Source of the DNA: Oopsacas minuta
Taxonomy: Eukaryota; Animalia; Porifera
Length of the DNA stretch: 64,000 bases
Direction of reading: 5' to 3'
Assembly (NCBI GenBank): GCA_024704765.1
Contig: JAKMXF010000033.1
Coordinates: 682,001-746,000, forward strand
The notes beneath the pieces are model-generated. The model saw nothing but the letters and a program-made list of their open reading frames with translations, was not told the DNA's origin and did no database searches. The position numbers and the translations under genes were made by a program. Below are positions 23,530 through 32,420 of the stretch, in pieces (position 1 is the stretch's first letter; each line of letters opens with the position of its first letter).

Positions 23530-24842
23530 CAGGGTGGCTCCAAAGTTCTGATACAAACCATTTTGTCTATAATATTTATTCAGCATGACCTACATTATTG
23601 ATTCTCTATATATAATTAATACATACTATTAGGAAGAGATTGCCTAGTCATTTATTCAATATAACCACCCTTTTTGGAAATGACAGCCCTGAGTCTGTTC
23701 GGGAATCCTTCTACTGCGGCACGCAGAGTTTCTTGGGGCATCTTCTCCCATTCTCGACACAAGGAAATCTTTAGAGAGCTAACTGTGTTGTGTGACACAG
23801 AACAAGCCTTGTTTTCCAAGATATACCATACAGAATAGTCCATGGGATTTAAATCGGGACTGTATGGTGGCCATTCATCCTTATGTATAAAATTGGGAAT
23901 ATTGTGCTTCAGCCAATCTTGGGTCGTATTGGCCGTATGGGCGGGAGCATCATCTTGTTGGAAGACAAATTGCTGTCCAGAAAACATGGTCTGGCTCAGA
24001 CCTTTTACCACAGGCTCTAATACAAGCTCTTGGTATGTTTTGGCATTGATTTTCACTCCTGGGGGGATGAAAATCAGTGGTGTCCGACCAACAGCAGAGA
24101 CCCCAGCCCAAACCATCACCGACAGTGGTTTCTTCATCCGACTGATATATCTGAACTTATCAGGGATCGCTGAAGCTGAGGTCGAGATGACTCTGTTGTT
24201 TTGGCTATTTGTAGCCTCTTCAATGGTGAAAATTTTCTCATCTGAGAAAATGGTATTTTCGAGAACTCCAATAGCGTGTAGAGCAAGTAGGCTCTTGCTC
24301 CGGGACACTCTCTTTTCTTTCACCGACCCAGATAGGAATTGTACCTTTTTGCGTTTAAAAGAGCGCATTCCTAGGTCCCTTTTGACAACCTTTTGTATTG
24401 CTCGGCGAGATATATTGAGCTCCAAGGCCATTTTCCTCATCGAATGGTGTGGGTTCCGCCGAATCCGTTCTCGCACCACTTTCTTGAGAGCTGAGGTCGT
24501 TACAGAGCATGGACGACCAGATCTCGGCTTGTCTACAGTGTCCCCAGTTTCCTTATATCGATTTATCGTCCTGTAGATAAATGCCCTACGTCCTTTTTGC
24601 AATATTCAGCAGTTTCAAAATTTCTGATGGACTTTTCCCCGCCATATGCAACTCAATAATTGCTGACCTCTCAGATTCCATGGTCAATCACAATTTTTTT
24701 CGAAATAGAATACACTAAATTGAAATAATATTTGTTAGGAAGCGTATAAGGTATGTCATGGGAGAGCAAACCATTGAGAATACTTCCTGATAATGGTTGT
24801 ATATTAATCATGATTTTGTATCAGAACTTTGGAGCCACCCTG
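23530..24842 (-). mobile_element. Full-length Tc1/mariner element of the DD37D (maT) type, 1313 bp
   Basis: Perfect 28-bp TIRs CAGGGTGGCTCCAAAGTTCTGATACAAA (23530-23557, 24815-24842) and TA duplication on both sides. Catalytic motifs FSDEK, QQD and NPMD, with 37 residues between D2 and D3. Confidence 0.95.
23652..24681 (-). pseudogene. maT transposase with a 1-bp frameshift near codon 29
   Basis: ATG 24681 reads MESERSAIIELHMAGKSPSEILKLLNIAK then stops. One extra A in the GCAAAAAGG run (about 24595) separates it from the 316-aa frame. Confidence 0.8.
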
Positions 24843-25107
24843 TAGTTGCCTGTATCAACTCTAGGAAGCTATAATGATCCAGTATCATAATTTTACACAT
24901 ATCCTGTAGACTACCTTCAATAAACTGCAATACAAATTTTGAGATTCTGTGGACTCCTGCTGTCGTCCATGGATCACCAAGGGGTCTTTTCTATGAGCCC
25001 AGCAATGTATTCAATAGAGATACAGTGGAAACTGGAGAAAATTCTTCTTCCCCTGGAAATGCTTGGACTCCTCACTAAGTTAACATATTAATCTTATATC
25101 TTACAGC

Positions 25108-25195
25108 TAATTAGATATTTCACTTTCATTAGCATCAGTAGTGCTTTCCAAGAAGTGATTCGTTGTAAAAGTTTACAAGACTAAGAATCTGAGAA
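25108..25195 (+). pseudogene. Degenerate 5' fragment of a third KYAT copy
   Basis: TAATTAGATATTT...GTGCTTTCCAAGAAGTGATTCGTTGTAAAAGTTTACAAGA matches the KYAT-B start region TAATTAGATATTTTCATG...GTGTTATCCAAGAAGCGATTCGTTGCCAAAGGATTACAAGA; the ATG is lost. Confidence 0.6.
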
Positions 25196-25753
25196 ATTAT
25201 TGAAATTATAACTAATAACTATTCCATGATTAAACATATTAACCTTCAGATTATTCAGAAATTCAATTATTCTGAATTGTTAAATAGGCTTCGATTCAGG
25301 TATAAATATTATCGATAGTCATATCCTTAATATCTACTGGATCTAATTTAAGTCTTCAGCCACAGACCCTCTGCCAAGTAATGAGGATAAATCTAATCAA
25401 ATAAATGCTTAATCTTAATAGTTTTTAGAAAATTTATGTGTAGCAGCAAAAAATAGAAATTATAACCTGTACGGTTGGTTGTGACGTGTCTATTTATGTA
25501 GTTGATTCATTTGCATTGGTAAAATTCTTTGAGGTGGAACCTGCTGTGATAATCCGACAGTGCAGTGTTCCTGAAAAATAGCTTCTGATAATACAAACTA
25601 ACCTGTATAATAAAGATACTTATGCTACCTTAAAATGAATCAAACTATAGAAATATCCATGAAATCGAATCCCAGCGACACGGGTTGTAAATAATTATAG
25701 ATTTTTAATCTACTCACAGATAATATTCTGATATCATAGATTATTTGAATACG

Positions 25754-26461
25754 ATGTCGGAGCTGAAACTTTTTTGTGACTTGGTATCTCAACCGTGTAG
25801 AGCAATAGTTCTCCTCCTGGAGATTAATAACATTCCTCATCAAAGAGAAGTGATTTCTCTCTTGAAAGGAGAACACAGAAAGCACGAAGAGCTACTAGCT
25901 GCTAATCCTAACAAAATGCTTCCTGTAATAAAGGATGGTACATTTGTTATCTATGAGAGCGCAACTATCCTCCGTTACCTCTGCTCTTCTCGAGATCTAC
26001 CAGATCACTGGTATCCTAAAGACCTGAAGAAGAGAGTTCTAGTCGATCAATTCTTTGACTGGTTTCCGACAAACTTAAGGAAAGGAGCTAGTGGTTGGTT
26101 CCTAAATGAAGTATTATTGAAAAAACCATCAACAGATCCTCTAATTGAACAGAGCAAAGAAACTCTACGCAAGGCATTGACCATTTTCAATGACTTTACT
26201 CTACGTGACAGTAAGTTCATAGCTGGAGAAGAGATCTCTGTAGCAGACATTCAGGCCGTTTGTGAACTCACACAACACTGGGCAATAGGTATAAATATAT
26301 ACACTGGGTATGCTAACGTAGAGAGATGGATTGCAGACTGTACTAAGGAGCTACAACCTCATTTTAATAATGTCTATGTTGAAATATACAAAATGCGAGA
26401 TTTAGGTGTTTTGGGTACAGGTATACAGCCTCTTAATTATACCCCAAAGTTTAATAATTAA
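25754..26461 (+). CDS. GSTT: Glutathione S-transferase, theta class
   Basis: DLVSQPCRA (theta SQPxR motif), NPNKMLPVI, IYESATILRYL, ISVADI. Confidence 0.92.
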   Translation: MSELKLFCDLVSQPCRAIVLLLEINNIPHQREVISLLKGEHRKHEELLAANPNKMLPVIKDGTFVIYESATILRYLCSSRDLPDHWYPKDLKKRVLVDQFFDWFPTNLRKGASGWFLNEVLLKKPSTDPLIEQSKETLRKALTIFNDFTLRDSKFIAGEEISVADIQAVCELTQHWAIGINIYTGYANVERWIADCTKELQPHFNNVYVEIYKMRDLGVLGTGIQPLNYTPKFNN

Positions 26462-26648
26462 CACTTAGGTTATTAGTATAACTTATCAAACTTATATTAC
26501 AGATCTTTTTTAGTAGTATCAGTTATTTAAGCCTACTAGCTATTATAGTATGTGTTACTTCGTATTTTTTTGTATACAGGATCCTCTTACTTATTACCAT
26601 TCCTCTTGTGTGATCTCATACTGCGAATTCAATAAATATAAATTAATA

Positions 26649-27263
26649 TCAAAACATTATGGTAATAACAACACAGTAAATAAAGATTAGCATATATTCT
26701 GGTAATAGAGTTGAGCTAGAAGATATTAGAGTAACATTGAATAGCTCTGGTATTATAGGCGGGAGGTTACAAGTGTCACCTACACAGAATCTTATGTTAT
26801 CAATAGATAGTACTGCCGATGAGAATGAGTCATAGCTGGTAAAGGCAGTCACAGCATAAACTAGTTTAGCTGGTAAATACCGGCTATAATTAGCTGTGTA
26901 TTCACCAGCTGTATCAACTGTGTAGCATACTGATACATTATATAGCACATTTTCAGTAGATCCTGCAGGAAGGAACTTGTAGTCATCAGCTGTAGTAGGA
27001 AGACGGTCGACTACTGGACATATAAAATTCACTTCGCTCTGTCCGTCAGTCATCCTTAGTAGCTCTCCTGGATACTTCTCTAGTGGAGTACCCCAAGGAA
27101 GGTACAATAAACCAGTATCATAATTGTTAGTAAGAGTGAATCTGAATAAGACATGTTCATCTAACGAGAATGCTTCCTTAATTGGATAGAATGAATACTG
27201 TATTTGACAATGAATAGGAGACAGTACTGTACTCAGAAGGCAGAACGTTATAATCAGTTGCAT
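26649..27263 (-). CDS. M35-prodomain-like secreted protein, copy B (204 aa from ATG 27263)
   Basis: Near-identical paralog of 21944-22567; the acceptor-like TTTCTTACAG sits directly before the ATG. Confidence 0.7.
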   Translation of the reverse strand: MQLIITFCLLSTVLSPIHCQIQYSFYPIKEAFSLDEHVLFRFTLTNNYDTGLLYLPWGTPLEKYPGELLRMTDGQSEVNFICPVVDRLPTTADDYKFLPAGSTENVLYNVSVCYTVDTAGEYTANYSRYLPAKLVYAVTAFTSYDSFSSAVLSIDNIRFCVGDTCNLPPIIPELFNVTLISSSSTLLPEYMLIFIYCVVITIMF

Positions 27264-27417
27264 CTGTAAGAAACATAATACGCATAATGAAAATGCCAAG
27301 ATTAATATTAACCTTAATATTAACTCAAATAAACTATTCTTATACGTTAATTAACACATAACTTGAATACAAATAATTTTGATTAATCATTAATAAATAT
27401 GGTTATAGGATAAATAT

Positions 27418-28188
27418 TTATTTAATTGCTACCCCTGTATAATGCTCGCCTATAAGGTACCAGCCTGTAGGATGAAATTCAGATTCGAATCTTTCCCAAT
27501 TCACACAACTAATATCAGTATGAGTATCTCTGTTCAGTCTGCAATCGTTCTTTATTATTCTCCAAAAAGGATTGCATAGAGATTGTATAAATCGCCAGAA
27601 ATAGCTTTTTCTATTCCTGTTATGCTCTAACAGTGCTAGTCTTCCACCTGGTTTCAAAAGTGTATGACAGTCTGTAATGACTTCTACAGGATTATCTACA
27701 CTACAAAGCAGTAACAGACTGATTACTACATCGAATTTATCCTCAATATGATCGTGATATCTGCTAGCTACAAACTCTTCAAATGTTCCATTGTATAGTC
27801 TAACCGGAAATGGAAGATCCTCAACTTTGGGTTTCAATGCATCAAAGAACAGCTGACTAGGTTCAATACAAGTTAGAGATTTAATTTTATCAGCATACTC
27901 TAAATAGTATTTGAGATTGATTCCATCAGCTGCTCCTATTTCTACGATATCTCCTTCTAAGTTAGATTTTAGGAAGAGAGATTCTTTCTTACTTTTGTGT
28001 TTCATATCCGCACGTTCACCTAATCCACCAAACCACACATTAGAGTAATAGTCTTGTCTCCATTTTTTGTTAAAATATAACAATTTGTAACACGACACAC
28101 TTAGTATAACTATACCACCAGTTATGACGTAACGATTTAGGTATTGGGAGACTGCTGTCCAAATATCCATCCACTCTAATTCATACAT
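27418..28188 (-). CDS. METTL7: Class I SAM methyltransferase, METTL7/TMT1 (thiol methyltransferase)-like
   Basis: N-terminal hydrophobic anchor, motif I VEIGAADG, FDVVISLLLLCSV, LLKPGGRLALLEH, CRLNRD as in METTL7A/B. Confidence 0.75.
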   Translation of the reverse strand: MYELEWMDIWTAVSQYLNRYVITGGIVILSVSCYKLLYFNKKWRQDYYSNVWFGGLGERADMKHKSKKESLFLKSNLEGDIVEIGAADGINLKYYLEYADKIKSLTCIEPSQLFFDALKPKVEDLPFPVRLYNGTFEEFVASRYHDHIEDKFDVVISLLLLCSVDNPVEVITDCHTLLKPGGRLALLEHNRNRKSYFWRFIQSLCNPFWRIIKNDCRLNRDTHTDISCVNWERFESEFHPTGWYLIGEHYTGVAIK

Positions 28189-28199
28189 TAAAATAACTG

Positions 28200-28386
28200 C
28201 AGTCAACTCCTGTTATATCGAACACGGATATACTGGAATATTCGCTTATATCGAGGTCTGAATTGTAAATATGATCTCAAACAGTCAAAGTAACATAAAC
28301 TTCATGGATTCTATCGAACCCCGCTTTATATCCAAGTACATTAATTATTGTGGTCCTTGAGCTTTGATTTAATGGGAGTTGACTAC
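28200..28386. mobile_element. pogo/Tc1-type MITE between PDE6D and METTL7
   Basis: Ends CAGTCAACTCC... and ...GGGAGTTGACTA; internal TATATCGA repeats. Confidence 0.65.
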
Positions 28387-28566
28387 AAGTGCAAAATTTG
28401 AACATTATAAAGACCTCTAGAAAAATGTATGTAGAGGCTGTAGAATACATTAGCATAATTAATTCAGCCTTTTACGGATAGCTAGAGTGACATACAGAAA
28501 GATGTTTTGAATTATTAAATTAAATATAGTTGAAACAATTGAAGTCAACAAGGATAATGAATAAAT

Positions 28567-29052
28567 CTACACATAGAATATACGCACACGGGATGCTGAT
28601 ATAATAGTGTTCTCATCATAGAAATCAGTTTGAATTAGAACATTACCACTCAGCATTTCTGCAGGCAGCATATGTCCCTCTCCAGCGGCTTCTATCACTT
28701 GCTCCCACGAGTTTGTAGAGTTTGGAATTACAAATCCGAATTTGAATGACCATCCTTCTAGCAGCTGATCTTGAAACATAACTCTCTGAACAATTCTAAA
28801 ATTAGTTAGAGCACGTTTTGAGCTGAAATTTAGAGTTCGTGAAACAGACTTACACTCTAGAATACTCTTAGGAACTTCAGCAATATGTACCTGTCCTGGT
28901 ATAGACATATCCTCTTTCCCCTCCCACAACACTTTACCAGTTTCAGAATCCTTCAAGAGCATCCAATTCAGAGAAAAGTCATGTGTAGCTATTTCAATTG
29001 GATCTTCTGTGTTGGTGACTTTGTTTATAATTGGCTGTTCTATCGGCTCCAT
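28567..29052 (-). CDS. PDE6D: Prenyl-binding protein PDE delta
   Basis: FSLNWMLLKDSETGKVLW, VPKSILECKSVSRTLNFSS, FGFVIPNSTNSW, RVRIFYV. Confidence 0.93.
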   Translation of the reverse strand: MEPIEQPIINKVTNTEDPIEIATHDFSLNWMLLKDSETGKVLWEGKEDMSIPGQVHIAEVPKSILECKSVSRTLNFSSKRALTNFRIVQRVMFQDQLLEGWSFKFGFVIPNSTNSWEQVIEAAGEGHMLPAEMLSGNVLIQTDFYDENTIISASRVRIFYV

Positions 29053-29713
29053 TGTAATTATTATGCTATGGAGTATGTTGTGATTCGTAATTGTAAGTAT
29101 AAATAATTTTGTGTAATATTTCGTAGTTTGAACTAATAACTAATAACTAATACATATAACAGTGTAGCTTTCATATCTAGAACAGATTATCATTCTACCT
29201 AATTGACTAGGGTCTAGGATCAGGGGCAGCGTCAGGAATTAGCGAATTAAGGGACTGGGAATATCGACAGCTTTTTCAGCATGGCCAAAGGCTCACTTGA
29301 AAATTATGTATAATTTCCAAAAAACTGAGAAATTATTCAAATTAATCATACTCATAAACAACAGACATACAGTATAATCGGTACATAGTATAGTTAGTAT
29401 ATTAGTTGCTAACAATTCAAAAAAATCCATTTTTTGTTGCCTACTGCAAACTTATAGATTATGCTATCTTCGTTTAAGTCCTGGTCATTTCAATATTACA
29501 TTCAAAACTCCAAAGTCACTTAAACGATCTTTCCCCATGGAACTACGTAAATAATTTAATACGGTTCATGGCATAGAATGAGTCATCAGCTCTAGCAGAA
29601 GAAATCAGGTTGCTCGTAGGAGTATTTGTATGCGAGCTTCGCTTTCTTGCCCTGCGCGGCTCGCGAACACTTCGAGTGCTCTTCTATTCTTATTGATATA
29701 TGGGGCCGTTTAA

Positions 29714-29846
29714 ACGTTACGTAACGCGAATTCAATAATTTTGACGCCCCCTCCCTATATTATATTTTTTCACCTTGTTGTAATACAAAAAGAATGGGAC
29801 TGTCACACTTCACATAACACCCCCTCCCCTTGTAGCGTTACGTAAC
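29714..29846. repeat. Interspersed-repeat remnant bounded by the palindromic GTTACGTAAC motif
   Basis: The motif occurs at both ends with CCCCTCCC tracts inside; a related TTACGTAACGTAACG occurs in the kinesin intron (about 61691). Confidence 0.35.
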
Positions 29847-30634
29847 CCTAGTAACGTTTAAGTTAAATTTAATTGGTCAAATAATAAACAATATGAAATA
29901 TAGTTACATATTTATTCTATTAGTATTCTAATTAAATTATAATAATCTCAAATCACCATCCGTGCCGAATTAAAACTTCAAATAAATTTTAGTGGATTAT
30001 TGAATCTATGTTATCCTATTAAATATCTATTTTTAGCAACAAAGAAAGAGAAAATTGAATTTTACTAATCTTGTTATACATTTCAAAAATGTCAAAAATC
30101 GAATTCTGCGCTCCTGTTTACCCCTATTTAATAAGTGGAAGCTAATCTCTAGGATTATTTTACGTTCGTAATGAGATGGAACAGTAAAAATTTACCAATT
30201 GCTTTTAACCAATTCTCGTACCAAAAACGATATTTTAGCACCTTTTTGACGTTATAAAATCACAAATTTTCGTTGTCAATACTTTAAGAAGAAAAATTGG
30301 ATGCTGGCAACGGCACCCAAAAATTTAATTAAACCTTAAAGTGCTGTTGCAGACACTCTAGCCACAGCCTAAAACGTAAAATGACGAGAATACTTAAGCG
30401 AATAATGCAAAAAATCGAATGTTTATTGTTTTTCTAATTAATTGTAAAAACTAAGATTGTAGAGCTTAATTTAATTAATAGAATTTCAAATTACAAGTAA
30501 ATTACAAGTACGGGGATTGTAAAACACGAATATAAAAAATAAATAATTACACACAAATTACTTTAAAAATTTGTAAATTTTCAAACAGGATCATAACTAA
30601 ATTGTTATTCATTCAGAAAATAACCGAATCTGTA

Positions 30635-31230
30635 TCAGTAGATACAGGGGAATAACCTCCATCTCTTCTGACTGTAAATCTTAAACTCAGCTCCAAACTT
30701 CTCTGCTAGCATTTCCTCTTCCTTTGTAATTCTTATGATGATCGCAATTAACATTTGAATACTGGTAACCAATAGAATTACAGAACAGTACATTATACTT
30801 GATCCTAGGAATAACATGTACAACCCCAAATAACTAGGATGCATAATATGAGTGTATACACCTGTTGTGATTAATTTCTGACCCTTACTCACCCCCAGAC
30901 GATAAGTGAAGAATTCTCCTAATTCTTGCTTAGCTCTTGACCTTAAAATACTACCAAAAATGCAAACACACAGTCCTATATAAAATAGATTAACCTGAAA
31001 AATATTTGACGTATTTTGAGTGAGTATACAGTTCGCAAATAATTTCCAATGTAAATGCACTGAAATAAAATATTAATAGCAATTGCTATGTAGAAAATGG
31101 CTCTTTCTTTTTGCGGTTTTTCATGTGTTTTTGCACTTGTTGATAGTTTATTTGGGTCTCTCAACTCGTAGAGGAAGAGAACCAATACGATGGTTATTCC
31201 AATAATATGATAAGGGATTATACTATCCAT
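30635..31230 (-). CDS. Isoprenylcysteine carboxyl methyltransferase (ICMT/STE14)-family membrane protein; needs a 35-nt intron (31029-30995) or a frameshift
   Basis: LGEFFT, LITTGVYTHIMHPSYLG and RITKEEEMLAEKFGAEFKIY...RLFP motifs. Two overlapping ORFs join in frame (186 aa) via GTATAC...TTTTCAG. Confidence 0.7.
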
Positions 31231-31714
31231 TTACTTGAGTTTACTGCGATTTGTTAAGTAGAATTAATTAATTAGGGGATTTTACGAGTACTTATACTTG
31301 TGTAGGAGTAATGAGTTCGTATGCTGTATCTTACACAAAGCTTAAGTCTAAATGAATTAATACAGGAGTTTGTGGTATTCAATATCAAACAATTACTTCT
31401 GAATATATCATGACGTTCCATTATGCTATGCCGTGAATTAGTGGTATAATGACTATAATCAATGGAACCCACTCACAAATACGATGATTAGTATTCGCTT
31501 GAAATCAATTTCTTTGCGTTTTCCAATTCTACAACGTAGTTACCCATAGCAATTCCACTATAATAACATAGAAATTATTCATACTCTTACACGCATCTGT
31601 ATATTTTGATCGAATTCTTTGTAGAACTTTGATCAAATTTTCTTATGTCGAACTTTGATCAAATGATGAAAAAGGCAAATTTTGATCAAAGTTCTACTTA
31701 AATGTCTTCAGTCG

Positions 31715-32020
31715 AACTTTGATCGAAAAATTGTAGAACTTTGATCGAAAAATGACAACTTTGATCGAAAAATGTAGAACTTTGATCGAAAAATGACAAC
31801 TTTGATCGAAAAATGTAGAACTTTGATCGAAAGATGAGAATTTTGATCGAAAAATGTAGAACTTTGATCGAAAAATGAGAACTTGATCGAAAAATGTAGA
31901 ACTTTGATCGAAAAATGTAGAACTTTGATCGAAAAATGACAACTTTGATCGAAAAATGTAGAACTTTGATCGAAAAATGACAACTTTGATCAAAAATGTA
32001 GAACTTTGATCGAAAAATGA
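31715..32020. repeat. Tandem array of 20/21-bp units (TTTGATCGAAAAATGTAGAAC / TTTGATCGAAAAATGACAAC) in the left TIR
   Basis: Directly visible; mirrored at 34750-35075. Confidence 0.95.
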
Positions 32021-32420
32021 GTTCTTTTATTTATCACATAAATATCACGAGTTATATAATTTGGTTAACTAACATAAGATTTCTTTTTATTAATTCGGGA
32101 ACTTGTGTTCATGTGCAAAATATCTGTGGCAGAAATCAGCTCAATTAACTTACGTCACCAAAAATTATTGATTGAACTATTAATACGTGTTAACGTAATA
32201 AGTCTTCACTGAAAGAAGTATTAAACAACTTAGGATAGAACACACATATGACACATATATTACTTCTACATTCTAATAGCATATGGGTAATGTAACTATA
32301 AAGTAATATTCGTTATCTAACTTTAGATAATATACCATCACTAAACTACAATATATTATCACATTAACCTAATTCTAATATTCAGTTAAAACTGTCATGT
32401 CAAACGTTGGATTGACTTTG

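Noticed and set aside
23842-24576. 244-aa plus-strand ORF
   Set aside because: Antisense shadow of the transposase.
24590-24600. Programmed frameshifting in the maT transposase
   Set aside because: It would need a +1 shift with no recognised signal; mutation or sequencing error is simpler.
24875-25077. Roughly 65-codon open stretch after the maT element
   Set aside because: No start codon and no recognisable homology.
31694-31993. ORFs 31694-31993, 31708-31983, 34777-35097 and 34787-35083
   Set aside because: They are translations of the TIR satellite and simply repeat its units.
31715-32020. CRISPR-like appearance of the regular arrays
   Set aside because: The units are contiguous with no unique spacers, there are no cas genes, the context is eukaryotic, and the arrays are mirrored as TIRs.
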